Positions 1 through 9,026 of a stretch of DNA of 26,775 bases are shown here, in pieces. The notes beneath the pieces were generated by a model that was given only the letters and a program-made list of their open reading frames with translations, was not told the DNA's origin and did not search any database. Source of the DNA: Rotaria sp. (lineage: Eukaryota); assembly GCA_905330535.1 (NCBI GenBank), contig CAJNVN010000274.1:54727-81501 (forward strand). The letters are read 5' to 3'. The translations under genes were made by a program, and so were the position numbers. The first letter of the stretch is position 1; every line of letters begins with the position of its first letter.

Positions 1-84
1 AGTAGGAAGATTAATATTAAAAAATCAATGAAATAGGAAGCATGGAAATTTTTATCTTCGATGTTTTTGATAAATTTTCTATAG

Positions 85-200
85 ATTTATCTAAGAGCTA
101 ATGATGAAACTTCTTATTTTGCTACTTTCAAAGATCTTCTTTGCACATTGTACGAGGATACCCGCGGTCCTTATAAAGACATTCTAGACGAATTCAAAGG
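85..200 (+). CDS. Candidate upstream exon of the TRPM-like channel gene (N-terminal homology region)
   Basis: Good acceptor ttttctatAG|ATT at 83-84 and donor AAAGG|GTATTT at 201. Only one of the three frames is open. It translates as IYLRANDETSYFATFKDLLCTLYEDTRGPYKDILDEFK(G), phase 0 in and phase 2 out. It is locally GC-richer than its flanks. It loosely resembles the TRPM segment hFILVDDGT...LR..LEKFI. Homology is weak, so the call is tentative. Confidence 0.4.
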
Positions 201-440
201 GTATTTACTTTTTTAGTCAAGTTCAACGTCTGTATAAAAAACAGATTGAGTACTTTTGACCCTGAAAAGTATAAATATATGTGAACGCAAAGAACTAAAA
301 TATAATTGAACGTATTAATATGAGATGTGAGTACTGATATTGATGCTTCAAGTGATATTATATTGTGTGATATAGTAGCTTGAGAGAGTAATAATGTAAA
401 CCAAAAACTGTGATGATCAATTGTTCGAAATCGTCCAAAG

Positions 441-552
441 ACATTTCAAAACACGACTGTCAATGAATGCTGCCCTACAGACTATGACAGATAAATCAAC
501 ATATCTATTACAACGTGTTGCAGATTCATCAAAGTTTCTTAGCTCCGTCATC
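441..552 (+). CDS. Candidate exon of the TRPM-like gene (N-terminal homology region); boundaries uncertain
   Basis: Lies in the frame of track ORF 421..612. The acceptor AG at 439-440 is the only phase-2 acceptor, so it matches the phase-2 end of exon 85-200 (GG+A = Gly). The donor ATC|GTGTGT at 553 gives phase 0, which matches exon 3391. Translation: (G)HFKTRLSMNAALQTMTDKSTYLLQRVADSSKFLSSVI. The stretch MNAALQTM followed by a hydrophobic strand resembles TRPM ..GGPNxxxTVL...PxVVxEGSG. The polypyrimidine tract is weak. An alternative donor T|GTAAAA at 557 exists. An equally long antisense ORF overlaps this segment. Confidence 0.25.
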
Positions 553-3390
553 GTGTGTAAAAGCTGGGCAAATTTTTCGATATACCAAATTGGTTTTTGT
601 GACAAATTCTAACAGACATGACAGCTAACTTGTTTCATCATAACTAAACTGATTTTGCAGTGTTTCATAGTTGACTTCTGAATGCATTATCTTAAAACTA
701 TTTACATTAAGAAAAAGAAACTAGTGTTTTTCATTATTTCACAAATCTTCTAAGTAACTTCGTCAATCGTTCTCTTACAATCATCACTAACCATCTTGAT
801 TTATTCTTTGTAAACAAATCATATATCTGCAAATTTCGCATCATTATCATCATCCCGACATAAAATTCGAGCGATAAATAATTCAGCAATAATTTGCAAC
901 ATCATGTTTACTTTCTTGGTTTTCGTTCTGTGTAGTGTGTCTATATGTTCTACTCCGTTCGCCTCACAATAAAAGACTCAAGATCTTCTATTATGTTTAA
1001 GCGGAAGAATTTTTTAATTGAGTATCATATTGTCTTTCGTAGTTTACTTACAATTGTGTTGAACTCGCATATATTTTTGAAGGAAATAGTGAGTGCAAGT
1101 TTTAAGATGAAGTTTTTTCTGTCCTCCAATGTATCCTCTATCATAGCAATAAGCAATGGTGCGTAATCAACCTCTATGGTTCTACTATTTCTAAACTCTG
1201 GAGATTCTAATTCCTGATCTAAATATTATATATTTAAGTTTTGTGAAATTTCCATATCTTTTCGTTGAAAATAATAGTAAATGTAAGCGTAAATTAAAGC
1301 TTTCGACTCGCCTACACCTTTACTATTATATGTTGTAATAACTGCTTTGGTTTAGAAGGTTTTAAAAACTTCTAGAATCTTCTTTTATATCAGAATTGTT
1401 CAAATATTCTTAAGAATAGTCGCAATAAGTCAATCTCCTTTTTTTGCACATCTAAAGATTATACGATCCATTTAAAAGATATTCCTTTGATTTCCTATAA
1501 TCTGGATATGAGTAAGATAAAAGTATGTTAAAATTACTTTCTAACTTTCAGGAATATTTAGTTTCTACCTTATTCAGTACATGGTGATGTACAAAAGATT
1601 GTGAAGATCTGGGTAACACGTCATAAATGCGTATAGTAAGCTTATCTTTTCAAAAAAATGAAAGTTTGAATCAAGTACTATGAAATAATGAAATTGCGAT
1701 AAAAAAAAGGAATAATACATTGCGAACAAAGACAAGAAAAAACAATGAGCATTAGAAAAAAATCTGTTTGTAATATATAAATAGGAATTGTTACAGATTA
1801 ATCACTGGTCGTAATATTTCTTTAGAAATTTAATATTTTCCACCTTTTCTATTAATTCTATAAAGATATTAATAAATGGACACCGAGATGAAGGAAATAG
1901 CTTAAAATACATAAGTTTCGTTGTGAGAAGGTTTTCAAGTGTATATTTTCACTCAAATGATAAAACTAATTTTAATATATTCATTAATTTGGCAGTGTGT
2001 AAAAACAAAGTTTTTCAACTTTTTGGTGACAAAATGTAGTATAATTATAACAGTTTGAGTCTCGTGGGTTCCACATTTTGAATATTTTAGAACAAATTTA
2101 CACAAATTTCAAAGCTCCAATACAGAACTGAACTCATGAGTTTGAAATGTTCAGCTAAAAGTCCCTAAATTAGACATATTTAGGTATAAAACTATTAATT
2201 TAAGTGCTGAGTTTTCGCAAGAAAAATATTAATAAAACGTGGGCCTTCTATAACGTGGTACAAATTTGTTTCTGAAGAGACTTTTTTATACTAGTGAACG
2301 GAGGGAGAAGGGAGGATTAGTTCATTTTGAGTCCTTTATTTAGCATATAATTTGCATCATCACATGTTCAGTAACTCTTGAAAAATTTCAAAAGGTGATT
2401 ACGACAATAATTTATTGGTCTCTACTATATGTATTTGTATTCTAAGTGATAATTTAAATGAAATAATGTTAATCGATATCGAAAATGTGATTATCATATT
2501 CTTATGTCTATGGTACTAACAATAATAGACAACAGATAATAGAATATTATATGATATGAAACATTAGCAACAGTGCTCAAGTCTCATATAGATATATTCG
2601 GTCTCCTATCATTTTCTATATGCATTTAAACTAATTTTATTGATGTATGCATTCCCATTTTCGTCGTTCGTTATATTCTACACAGTTTTGCATGATCTTT
2701 TCTCATTAAAAATTAACCTCTCCTTTATATCACGAATTTAATTTAAAAAAATAATGTCGATTTCGATTTTTCCATATCCACAAATATCTTCAAGAGTCAT
2801 CTGCATAACTTACAAAAGTACAAACATTGCTCTTGCAATTACTCTGAACATAAGTTGGACGCAACAATTGCATCTCAGAATTTTAGATTTTAACTATTGG
2901 TTTCGAAAAATTCTGACGATGATGTTTTCTTCATGTCTTCCTGAGTTTGCAAACCTTATACAGACTTTAGGTCGGAAGTAAAAGATTTCAAAAAAAGTTG
3001 AACTATAAGGGATATGCATAGCTAGTAGACTAATGTTAGTTTTTCATTGCTGGACACATTCGAATTTTCCACGAACATTCTACAAGCATGTGTGTAGCTC
3101 ATATTTTGACCACCTTTAAGCTTCATCAGACAAGTGTACATCATTTATTTCTTGAATAATTTTCAAACTATACTTGAATGAATTAGGTGATTAATAGAAA
3201 AAAACTTGAAATATTTTGTCTAAAAGTGGTATATATCCTTGGATTTTATGACTTTCGATAAATCGTACAGATTGAGGGTGGAAGGATTACATGTATAGAA
3301 CACATGTGAAAGCTCTATTCTAGTCAGGCAGTGATAACCAAGTGTCAATTATTTTATGATTTTCTTATCTGATAAACTTGTTTCTTGTAG

Positions 3391-3984
3391 GGAACTGGCC
3401 AACTTGCTGACGTTATCGCTGAGATCGTTGATAGTGTCACCGGATTCATCGATAAAAATGGCGGAAAACGGAAATTTGACCTCGATCAATGGGAATTGGA
3501 TAATTGGCGGAAACTTTCTCGCTACAGTGAAAATTCGTGGACATCACGAATTCAAGGAGAGAAGAAGGAAAAGGAAGTTGAGACAAACGAAGATGCTATA
3601 AAAGATGAGGCATACGAGAATGAGACAAAGGAAAAGGAGACAAAGGAAGAGGAGACAGAGGAAGAGGGGACAAAGGAAGAGGGGACAGAGGAAGAGGGGA
3701 CAAAGGAAGATGCGACAAAAGAAGATGAGACAGACGAGAATGAGACAAAGGAAGAGGAGATAAAGGAAGATGCGACAAAAGAAGATGAAAAAGAAAATAT
3801 TGAGAAATGCATAGGCATCCTAGCCTGCAAAAGTGAACTCATTGTGGTATTTGATCCCATGGGAGCCACCGGAAATTTGGAAGATGTGATTGCTGAGGCA
3901 ATGCGAAAGCGAATATATTTTCTACGTGAAAAACACCATAGTTTCAATGGTTTGTCGCTTGCAAAGGAGTTGCAATGGTGTCTG
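3391..3984 (+). CDS. TRPM-like channel exon: N-terminal TRPM homology region (MHR) with acidic repeat insert
   Basis: Acceptor tttcttgtAG|GGA, with an in-frame TAG at 3388-3390 immediately upstream. Donor CTG|GTAATG at 3985. 198 codons, phase 0/0. Translation: GTGQLADVIAEIVDSVTGFIDKNGG...SWTSRIQGEKKEKE[acidic repeat]ENIEKCIGILACKSELIVVFDPMGATGNLEDVIAEAMRKRIYFLREKHH..LAKELQWCL. G-[ST]-G-x-x-AD-[VL]-IA followed by ..L[IL]TVF..G......D[VI]AI..A is the conserved TRPM MHR pattern (compare human TRPM2 EGSGRVADVIAQV ... QLLTVFREGKDGQQDVDVAILQALL). Confidence 0.85.
3580..3786 (+). repeat. In-frame 15-bp tandem repeat array (about 12-13 units) encoding an acidic E/T/K/G/D pentapeptide repeat
   Basis: There are 12 contiguous units from 3607 to 3786: GAGGCATACGAGAAT, GAGACAAAGGAAAAG, GAGACAAAGGAAGAG, GAGACAGAGGAAGAG, GGGACAAAGGAAGAG, GGGACAGAGGAAGAG, GGGACAAAGGAAGAT, GCGACAAAAGAAGAT, GAGACAGACGAGAAT, GAGACAAAGGAAGAG, GAGATAAAGGAAGAT, GCGACAAAAGAAGAT. 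A further related unit lies at 3580-3594. The 27-mer AAAGGAAGATGCGACAAAAGAAGATGA recurs exactly 60 bp apart (3702-3728 and 3762-3788). The coding strand is strongly purine-rich. Confidence 0.95.
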
Positions 3985-4049
3985 GTAATGTTTTCTGCTT
4001 GAATCTAGTGAAAAAGAAATGCTTAATATCTTGCTTAATTTGTTTTTAG

Positions 4050-4139
4050 ATCTGGAACAAAGCAGATCATGCAAGGCAGAATGTATTTGCTGATTATGTA
4101 TTTGAAAATATGACATCTTCAGAAGGAAGACGAGAATTT
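4050..4139 (+). CDS. TRPM-like channel exon (MHR)
   Basis: Acceptor tttgtttttAG|ATC at 4048-4049 and donor TTT|GTGAGT at 4140. 30 codons, phase 0/0. Translation: IWNKADHARQNVFADYVFENMTSSEGRREF. Joined to the previous exon it reads LQWCL-IWNKADHARQNVF, which matches TRPM LKLAVAWNRVDIARSEIF. Confidence 0.8.
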
Positions 4140-5343
4140 GTGAGTACACTTTATAGTTCAACGAAACCATGCCAAATCGATTCGCATAAATGAGCAGGAT
4201 CTCCATGAGTTTCACAAAACTAATGGAAATTTCGAAATGTATATTAGAAAATTCAATTTCCAATATTTAGTTAGATGAGTGAAATAGTAGTGTGCCATCT
4301 AGAGAAAAATGCTCAATTATGTCTATTTTTCTACCCTTAACTAAATTTTGCCAGAGAAGAAATTTGAAAATGCAGTAAAACCTGTTTATAATAGGCTATC
4401 TATGGTCTTTCAAAAAGGTTTCATTGCATGTGACAGGATATCTATTATAGTGATGTTAGACGGGGTTAGAGACATGCTGTTGTATTGAAAGAGAATACGC
4501 CTAGTCAGCCATCCAAATTGTGCCTGTGATTGAGAATATTATCTAGAGCTCATTGTTTTCTCGTGCTCTGATTTTTTTCGCTTTGAAATCCGAAAAATTG
4601 GTTACCACTTAAATCAACACTTAATAGCAGTATTGTTCTCATGTCAAACTTAATGGAATACTAGAGGATTTTAATATGAGTTCACCTAGAAAAATGAAAC
4701 ACTATACGGGTCATTTTCATTACTGCTGATTATAGAGACAATATTAAAAAATCTTTCAGTAGCTTGATGTTTCCCACCTTAAAAAAAGTTTTTATCTGAA
4801 CTAATTTATGAAAATGTTTTCATTGCCCACCAAGATAGATTGTACTCTGTTTAACTTAGCGGCTATCTTTTGTCTATTAATGACATATCTAATCGATAAA
4901 AAGAAAGTTCACTATACTGTATGATGTTCGATCATACAATACGCGAAAATTTCTTCATATTCTCAAGTAGTTTTCGCTATAGAAGTATTTGCTTGAGTAT
5001 GACCGTGTAAAGATATCGGCCTTATAAAATTTGTCACTATAGAAAAGTTGAATCGTATCAAATATTACTCTATTGAGGTGCCAAGTATCCATAGAAAAAC
5101 TTCAACTGCATGTCATCCAATCCTAAGCAAATTAATAAGTGCAACTATCGGATCCGGTGCAAGCAAATATTATGAGAACTGATAGACTATTTTTAATGAA
5201 CTGAGATTCTCATAATTACAAATCTTTTCTGAACTGCCCTTGAGCATTTCAATTTGTGATAAATATTTTTAAAAGCGAAGTTCTATTTCTGTGCTCATTA
5301 TTAATCCTTAACTCTACGATCTACCATATATTTTTTTTGTTAG

Positions 5344-5499
5344 ATTATAAATGTAGCACCGGCAGTACTCATTGAAGCATTGTGTCGAGGCAACGTATCT
5401 TTCGTGCATTTGCTTATGGAAAATGGTGTATCAATGAAAGATCTCAACATAGAACAATTAAAATCAGAAGATCTCAAGATGTTTTGTGTGAAAACACTG
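5344..5499 (+). CDS. TRPM-like channel exon (MHR); 3' boundary ambiguous (5487 or 5499)
   Basis: Acceptor ttttttttgtTAG|ATT at 5342-5343. Translation: IINVAPAVLIEALCRGNVSFVHLLMENGVSMKDLNIEQLKSEDLKMFC(VKTL). This matches TRPM ..AL..[DN][RK]..FV.L[FL][LI]ENGV.[ML].[KE]F[LV]. An in-frame TGA lies at 5506. The phase-0 donors available are TGT|GTGAAA (exon end 5487) and CTG|GTAGAT (exon end 5499). The next exon requires phase 0. Confidence 0.7.
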
Positions 5500-6138
5500 G
5501 TAGATTGATCTTTATATATAGCTTCATTGTACTTTTCAGCAATGTTCAGATTTCTCAAAAAACAAAGTTTGAGCAATACACAAACTGTTTTAAAAGTTTT
5601 GATGATGCATATACATATACATATGATAATGAAAGGAGTGAAGACTTGTAAATGAAGAAAGAGCATACTAATTCCGACTGTAGTTTTGGAAATATCATTG
5701 GATTGACATGGTTGGAATATTTTTGTAGTTCACTTTGTTGTATGCCAAACTTCGGATTGTGAAGGCTCTTACCATTATAGCATAAAGAAGTTTTAAACAT
5801 TTCCTAGAGTTGTTACTTTTAATTTTTGGTAACTGTTTAATTTAGCTGATAATGAAAACTTAATTTTACCGATTATTATGTTCTTTATTCGTACTTACTG
5901 CAGTTCTTTCGATATTTTTAAGTGAGATTTTCATGTTCCTGAGTTTTCTATGTTTACTGCGGATTTTGGATGAAATTTCTGAAAGCACTTGTTACTAATT
6001 TCAGTAACTACTGTTATAGTCCTATTGTAATTGTCTTTCTAAAAGCGGAAACTTACCAAATTTCAGACATATTTGTTTTTGGAAATCTGAACATACTTCC
6101 AAGTTTTGTCATTAAATATGCATTACTTGTCTATTAAG

Positions 6139-6258
6139 AATAACAATGCATTACCTCTCGACGAGACTATAGGTACTAATGACGGTATCAATAAGAATTC
6201 TTCGGAAATGGTGGAAAAAATATATTCAGCCTATTGCAATCAATATTTAAAAGACTAC
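6139..6258 (+). CDS. TRPM-like channel exon (variable linker of the MHR region)
   Basis: Acceptor ctattaAG|AAT at 6137-6138 and strong donor TAC|GTAAGC at 6259. 40 codons, phase 0/0, and it is the only open frame. Translation: NNNALPLDETIGTNDGINKNSSEMVEKIYSAYCNQYLKDY. This falls in the poorly conserved TRPM linker. Support comes mainly from splice sites, phase continuity and single-frame openness. Confidence 0.65.
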
Positions 6259-6318
6259 GTAAGCATTTAATATCAGTGAATGTTTACATTTTATACAATG
6301 ATCGAGTCGATGCTTTAG

Positions 6319-6489
6319 ATTACAAATAAAGAAAATTTACAAACAATCCAATCAATCATGCCTCCTTCTGATCAGACTCCTCGTGGAACGAAACAGCTAT
6401 TTGACGAAAACAAGATTGAAAAACTTTATCTGTGGTTTTTATTCATGAATCGACCAGAAATGGCCAAGTTTGTTTGCTCACTGTGCCAA
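6319..6489 (+). CDS. TRPM-like channel exon (MHR4)
   Basis: Acceptor tgctttAG|ATT at 6317-6318 and donor CAA|GTAAGA at 6490. 57 codons, phase 0/0. Translation: ITNKENLQTIQSIMPPSDQTPRGTKQLFDENKIEKLYLWFLFMNRPEMAKFVCSLCQ. LYLWFLFMNRPEMAKF matches TRPM [DE]L[FL][IL]WA[IV]LQN[RK].E[LM]A..[IF]W. Confidence 0.8.
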
Positions 6490-6570
6490 GTAAGAGATAT
6501 ATGATGTTCACTTATTATTTATTATCATATCGAATTTTCCATTCAATCTTTACTACATGTTCACTATCAG

Positions 6571-6665
6571 AATCAGACAGTTGCCACTCTTCTCGCAGTC
6601 GTGATTTATTCAAAGGCAGCAAGGAAGAACACAGAAAACAAAGATAAGTTAATAAAAACTGCAAA
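6571..6665 (+). CDS. TRPM-like channel exon (MHR4)
   Basis: Acceptor tcactatcAG|AAT at 6569-6570 and strong donor AA|GTAAGT at 6666. Phase 0 in, phase 2 out. Translation: NQTVATLLAVVIYSKAARKNTENKDKLIKTA(N). It corresponds to TRPM ..C[IT].AAL.A[SC]K[IL]L..[LM][AS]...... Confidence 0.8.
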
Positions 6666-6740
6666 GTAAGTCAGACGCATTTTTATTTCTTTGATAACTT
6701 ATGTTGCATGCATGTTTTATTTACTTATTGATGAAAACAG

Positions 6741-6984
6741 TGAGTTCGATGAACATTCTAAAGAAATTATAGACAAATGTTTCACTAACGACAATCAACT
6801 TGCTCTTGATATAATCAAAGATAGAGCTGAGACATTCTACAATTGTATTCCGTTGGAAGTAGCGCAGTGTGCTAATTGTGAAGCTTTTCTCGCCAGTGAC
6901 ACTGTCCAAAAGTATCTCAGTTACAAGTGGTATCATGAATTCGACGATCAACACCAACTACTGAAATTAGATATTTCTATTTGG
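6741..6984 (+). CDS. TRPM-like channel exon (MHR4, up to the pre-S1 region)
   Basis: Acceptor gatgaaaacAG|T at 6739-6740. AA+T completes Asn, which satisfies the phase-2 carry-over. Donor TGG|GTTTGT at 6985 gives phase 0, and an in-frame TAG lies at 7003. Translation: EFDEHSKEIIDKCFTNDNQLALDIIKDRAETFYNCIPLEVAQCANCEAFLASDTVQKYLSYKWYHEFDDQHQLLKLDISIW. It matches TRPM ..A[VI].[LV]F.ECY..DE..A..LL.....W...TCL.LA..A....F[IV][AS]....Q.[FL]L[ST]..W.G.[LI]. Confidence 0.8.
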
Positions 6985-7039
6985 GTTTGTCGATCATATT
7001 TGTAGAATACTCTCATAATCCATTCGATATTTTATTTAG

Positions 7040-7129
7040 ATCTGTCTTAGTTCGTTTTTTCTGCCTCTTTTACCAATTTCACCTGTATTTTGTCCTTCAT
7101 TCTACAAGAAATATTCTGACAAATTCAAA
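7040..7129 (+). CDS. TRPM-like channel exon (pre-S1 re-entrant/linker segment)
   Basis: Acceptor tttatttAG|ATC at 7038-7039 and donor AAA|GTATTT at 7130. 30 codons, phase 0/0 in the chosen frame. Translation: ICLSSFFLPLLPISPVFCPSFYKKYSDKFK. Joined, it reads ISIW-ICLSSFFLPLLP...FYKK, which resembles human TRPM2 LWRVTLCMLAFPLLLTGLISFREK and TRPM8 [21 protein letters not shown]. A second frame of this exon is also open (see findings). Confidence 0.7.
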
Positions 7130-7387
7130 GTATTTTACATAAAATAGTGAACATTTTGTGAATGACTCTTGCATATTCTGTCTCTACATAGAAAGACAAT
7201 AAATCAATGCAACGTCGTCCGATGTTATCCTGTCGGCAGATGTAGAAGGATTTTTTTCTCTGTTTTCGTTTTAAATTGTATTTCTTTTTACAGATGTGCA
7301 TATGATACGGTCCCAAAAAAGCCCTCTTCCGGTAGAAAGGACGCGAGTTCTTCTCAAAATTGCAAAGAAAAATCCGATTCTTCACAG

Positions 7388-7453
7388 TGTCATGTTAAGG
7401 ATAGAATTATATGGTTTTACCAAACACCAATGGTACTATTTTACCATAATTTT
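7388..7453 (+). CDS. TRPM-like channel exon (pre-S1 helix); acceptor choice uncertain (7388 versus 7294)
   Basis: Phase-0 acceptor gattcttcacAG|TGT at 7386-7387 and strong donor TTT|GTAAGT at 7454. 22 codons. Translation: CHVKDRIIWFYQTPMVLFYHNF, which matches TRPM ....FY.AP[IV]V.F[WH].N. A stronger-looking acceptor, tttctttttacAG|A at 7292-7293, lies upstream in the same open frame. It is out of phase with the preferred reading of exon 7040-7129. Confidence 0.6.
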
Positions 7454-7518
7454 GTAAGTGTCTTCCCATATTACACCGCTTTATATTTTTGTACATTGTT
7501 GTTACATTTCAAATTTAG

Positions 7519-7689
7519 ATTTTCTACTTCCTATTTTTGATTTTATTCAGTTATGTTCTTCTTGTCGACTATCTCCCACTAAATCGAGATGGTAGTGAGC
7601 GCTCCGGAATTCGAAATCTTCCGATTCCAATTTCGGAAATCATCTTACACATTTATATGTTAAGTTTCATCGTCGATGAAATTGATCAG
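7519..7689 (+). CDS. TRPM-like channel exon: S1, S1-S2 loop, S2
   Basis: Acceptor caaatttAG|ATT at 7517-7518 and donor CAG|GTCAGT at 7690. 57 codons, phase 0/0. Translation: IFYFLFLILFSYVLLVDYLPLNRDGSERSGIRNLPIPISEIILHIYMLSFIVDEIDQ. It follows the TRPM pattern [LI]SY..FL.LF.YV[LI][LM]V[DK][FM] ... E..[LI]..[WF]V..[LF]...E[IV]RQ. Confidence 0.9.
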
Positions 7690-7755
7690 GTCAGTGTTTT
7701 CACTCTATGAAATAGACATGTTATTTTTCTACAACTTATCTGTCTTCATTATTAG

Positions 7756-7892
7756 ATTATTAGATCTAAAGAACGGAACCATGACTATATTGCCAACGGC
7801 TGGAATCGAATGGATCTAGCAGGCATTCTCTGTTATTTAATTGCATTTATCACTCGATTTTTTGTTGTCGAATCCGTTTTTGCGGCGTCAAA
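7756..7892 (+). CDS. TRPM-like channel exon: S2-S3 linker and S3
   Basis: Acceptor cattattAG|ATT at 7754-7755 and donor AA|GTAAGA at 7893. Phase 0 in, phase 2 out. Translation: IIRSKERNHDYIANGWNRMDLAGILCYLIAFITRFFVVESVFAAS(K). The conserved TRPM motif Y[FI].D.WN.[ML]D..[AG]I..F..G...R is present. Confidence 0.9.
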
Positions 7893-8867
7893 GTAAGATA
7901 TTATTTCTTGCAATTCTATTTCAACTAAGATCCTATTGACATAGAAAATATTTTCTATTGAGATTCAGAAAAATATCAATTGAGATGCTTTGAAAAAAAT
8001 ATTCATCTGCTGGATCTGATCAAGAGATAGCTCCAACTCCTAAATATTTTCTGAATGAGGTTTGTTTTCTGAAAAAGTTGTATGAATATTGACGAAATAG
8101 CTTGAGAAAAATGATGACTCTATCTTTTTGCTTCATTGTTGGTAACAAATGCATATAGATATTCTTAGTCGAGTGACTATGAAGATAGTGAAATTTATAT
8201 TGATATGGAAAATGATGTATATCATACATTTTCGAATAGATTCTATCAGAAATCATACTCTTTCGAATACAGAGTTAATCACACTTTAGGAAATAATGGT
8301 TTCCAAATGGAAAACTAACATCTCGCTTACATAAATAGTCTCAATAGCAGTAAGCTACCTTCAGATGATCGAAAATTAAATTTCCTCATACATTTTATCT
8401 TAGCTATCTGTAGTAAACCGTACATATTTTTTAACTATTGTGGCAGGAATATTGTGTAACATTGTTGTTTTTTAGACATCATAATAATTTTAACTAATTT
8501 GGCTGTTTTGTTGCAAAACTTGATTTTGATTCAAACATAAATTTTATCAAATTGAACTTTAGAATGTGTAGTTATTGATTAAACTGCATCCCGATCTCCT
8601 AAAGACGACGCAAAAAGAAGGCGTGTGAACTGAAATAATATGTAAAAAATACTATTTGTTTCAATCTATCATTTAGTATTGAAAGTCCTAATCAATTTCC
8701 TATGTATTTCTTGAGTCATCATCTTAACAATAATAATAAAAGGTAGATTTTCTCACCCACTAAAAGTCAGTTAAAAGCAACAAAACTGATGAATATTAAA
8801 TACTGCTCGCGATTTTCTTCTAAAAATAATGACGAATAGAATCCACTGTAATCTGATTTTTATTTAG

Positions 8868-8970
8868 AATACTTATGTCAATTGATTTTATTATTTGGTG
8901 CATACGAATACTGTATTTTTTTTCTGCATTTGAAGTGCTGGGACCAAAACTAGTGATGATCTATAAAATG
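8868..8970 (+). CDS. TRPM-like channel exon: S4 and S4-S5 linker
   Basis: Acceptor tttttatttAG|A at 8866-8867, where AA+A completes Lys. Donor ATG|GTGAGT at 8971. Translation: (K)ILMSIDFIIWCIRILYFFSAFEVLGPKLVMIYKM. It matches TRPM GR[VI]I..[LV][DN][FI]I.[WF].[LI]RL[LMI][HD]IF.[VI]...LGP[KY][IV].M[LIV].[KR]M. Confidence 0.9.
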
Positions 8971-9026
8971 GTGAGTATGTCATGTATTAGAATAATATTC
9001 ATGTCTCTTTTTGTCTTTTACTGTAG

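Noticed and set aside
417-605. Minus-strand ORF 417..605 (MSQKPIWYIEKFAQLLHTMTELRNFDESATRCNRYVDLSVIV...), preceded by a fair acceptor (ctgtcatgtctgttAG on the - strand)
   Set aside because: I see no recognisable family motif and no good donor. It is the mirror of the + strand ORF that fits the TRPM exon-phase chain. At this AT content, by my rough estimate, chance ORFs of about 60 codons are expected at about the frequency seen in the track. It remains possible that neither strand is coding.
700-1400. Minus-strand reading with a vaguely P-loop-like peptide (KAVITTYNSKGVGESKALIYAYIY, about 1225-1335) and a second short ORF (..DYAPLLIAMIEDTLEDRKNFILKL.., about 1020-1170). I considered a decayed helicase or transposon gene.
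   Set aside because: GVGESKA is not a valid Walker A motif (GxxxxGK[ST]). The ORFs are short, interrupted by stops, and lack any second motif. The evidence is insufficient to call a pseudogene.
2754-2981. ORF 2754..2981 (+), considered as the missing ..P.VV.EG.. exon upstream of 3391 (contains ..SSRVICITYKSTNIALAITLNIS..)
   Set aside because: It has no usable splice donor in the correct phase (only TTAG|GTCGGA, which is weak). There is no G-G-x-N-T-like motif. The composition is indistinguishable from the surrounding intron.
3552-3947. Minus-strand ORFs 3552..3947 (131 aa) and 3596..3778 (60 aa), rich in Ser/Phe/Val or Leu/Ser/Pro repeats
   Set aside because: They are the antisense shadow of the purine-rich acidic repeat in exon 3391-3984. 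A GAR-type repeat cannot produce stop codons on the opposite strand. The + strand frame carries the conserved TRPM motifs on both sides of the repeat.
5340-5800. ORFs 5340..5666 (-), 5382..5651 (+) and 5555..5800 (-)
   Set aside because: They overlap exon 5344-5499 either antisense or out of frame and run through its intron. Only the frame giving IINVAPAVLIEALCRGNVSFVHLLMENGVSM has family homology and splice and phase continuity.
6432-6957. ORFs 6432..6647 (+) and 6721..6957 (-)
   Set aside because: 6432..6647 is an out-of-frame read-through across exon 6319-6489, its intron and exon 6571-6665. 6721..6957 is antisense to exon 6741-6984. Neither has a recognisable motif.
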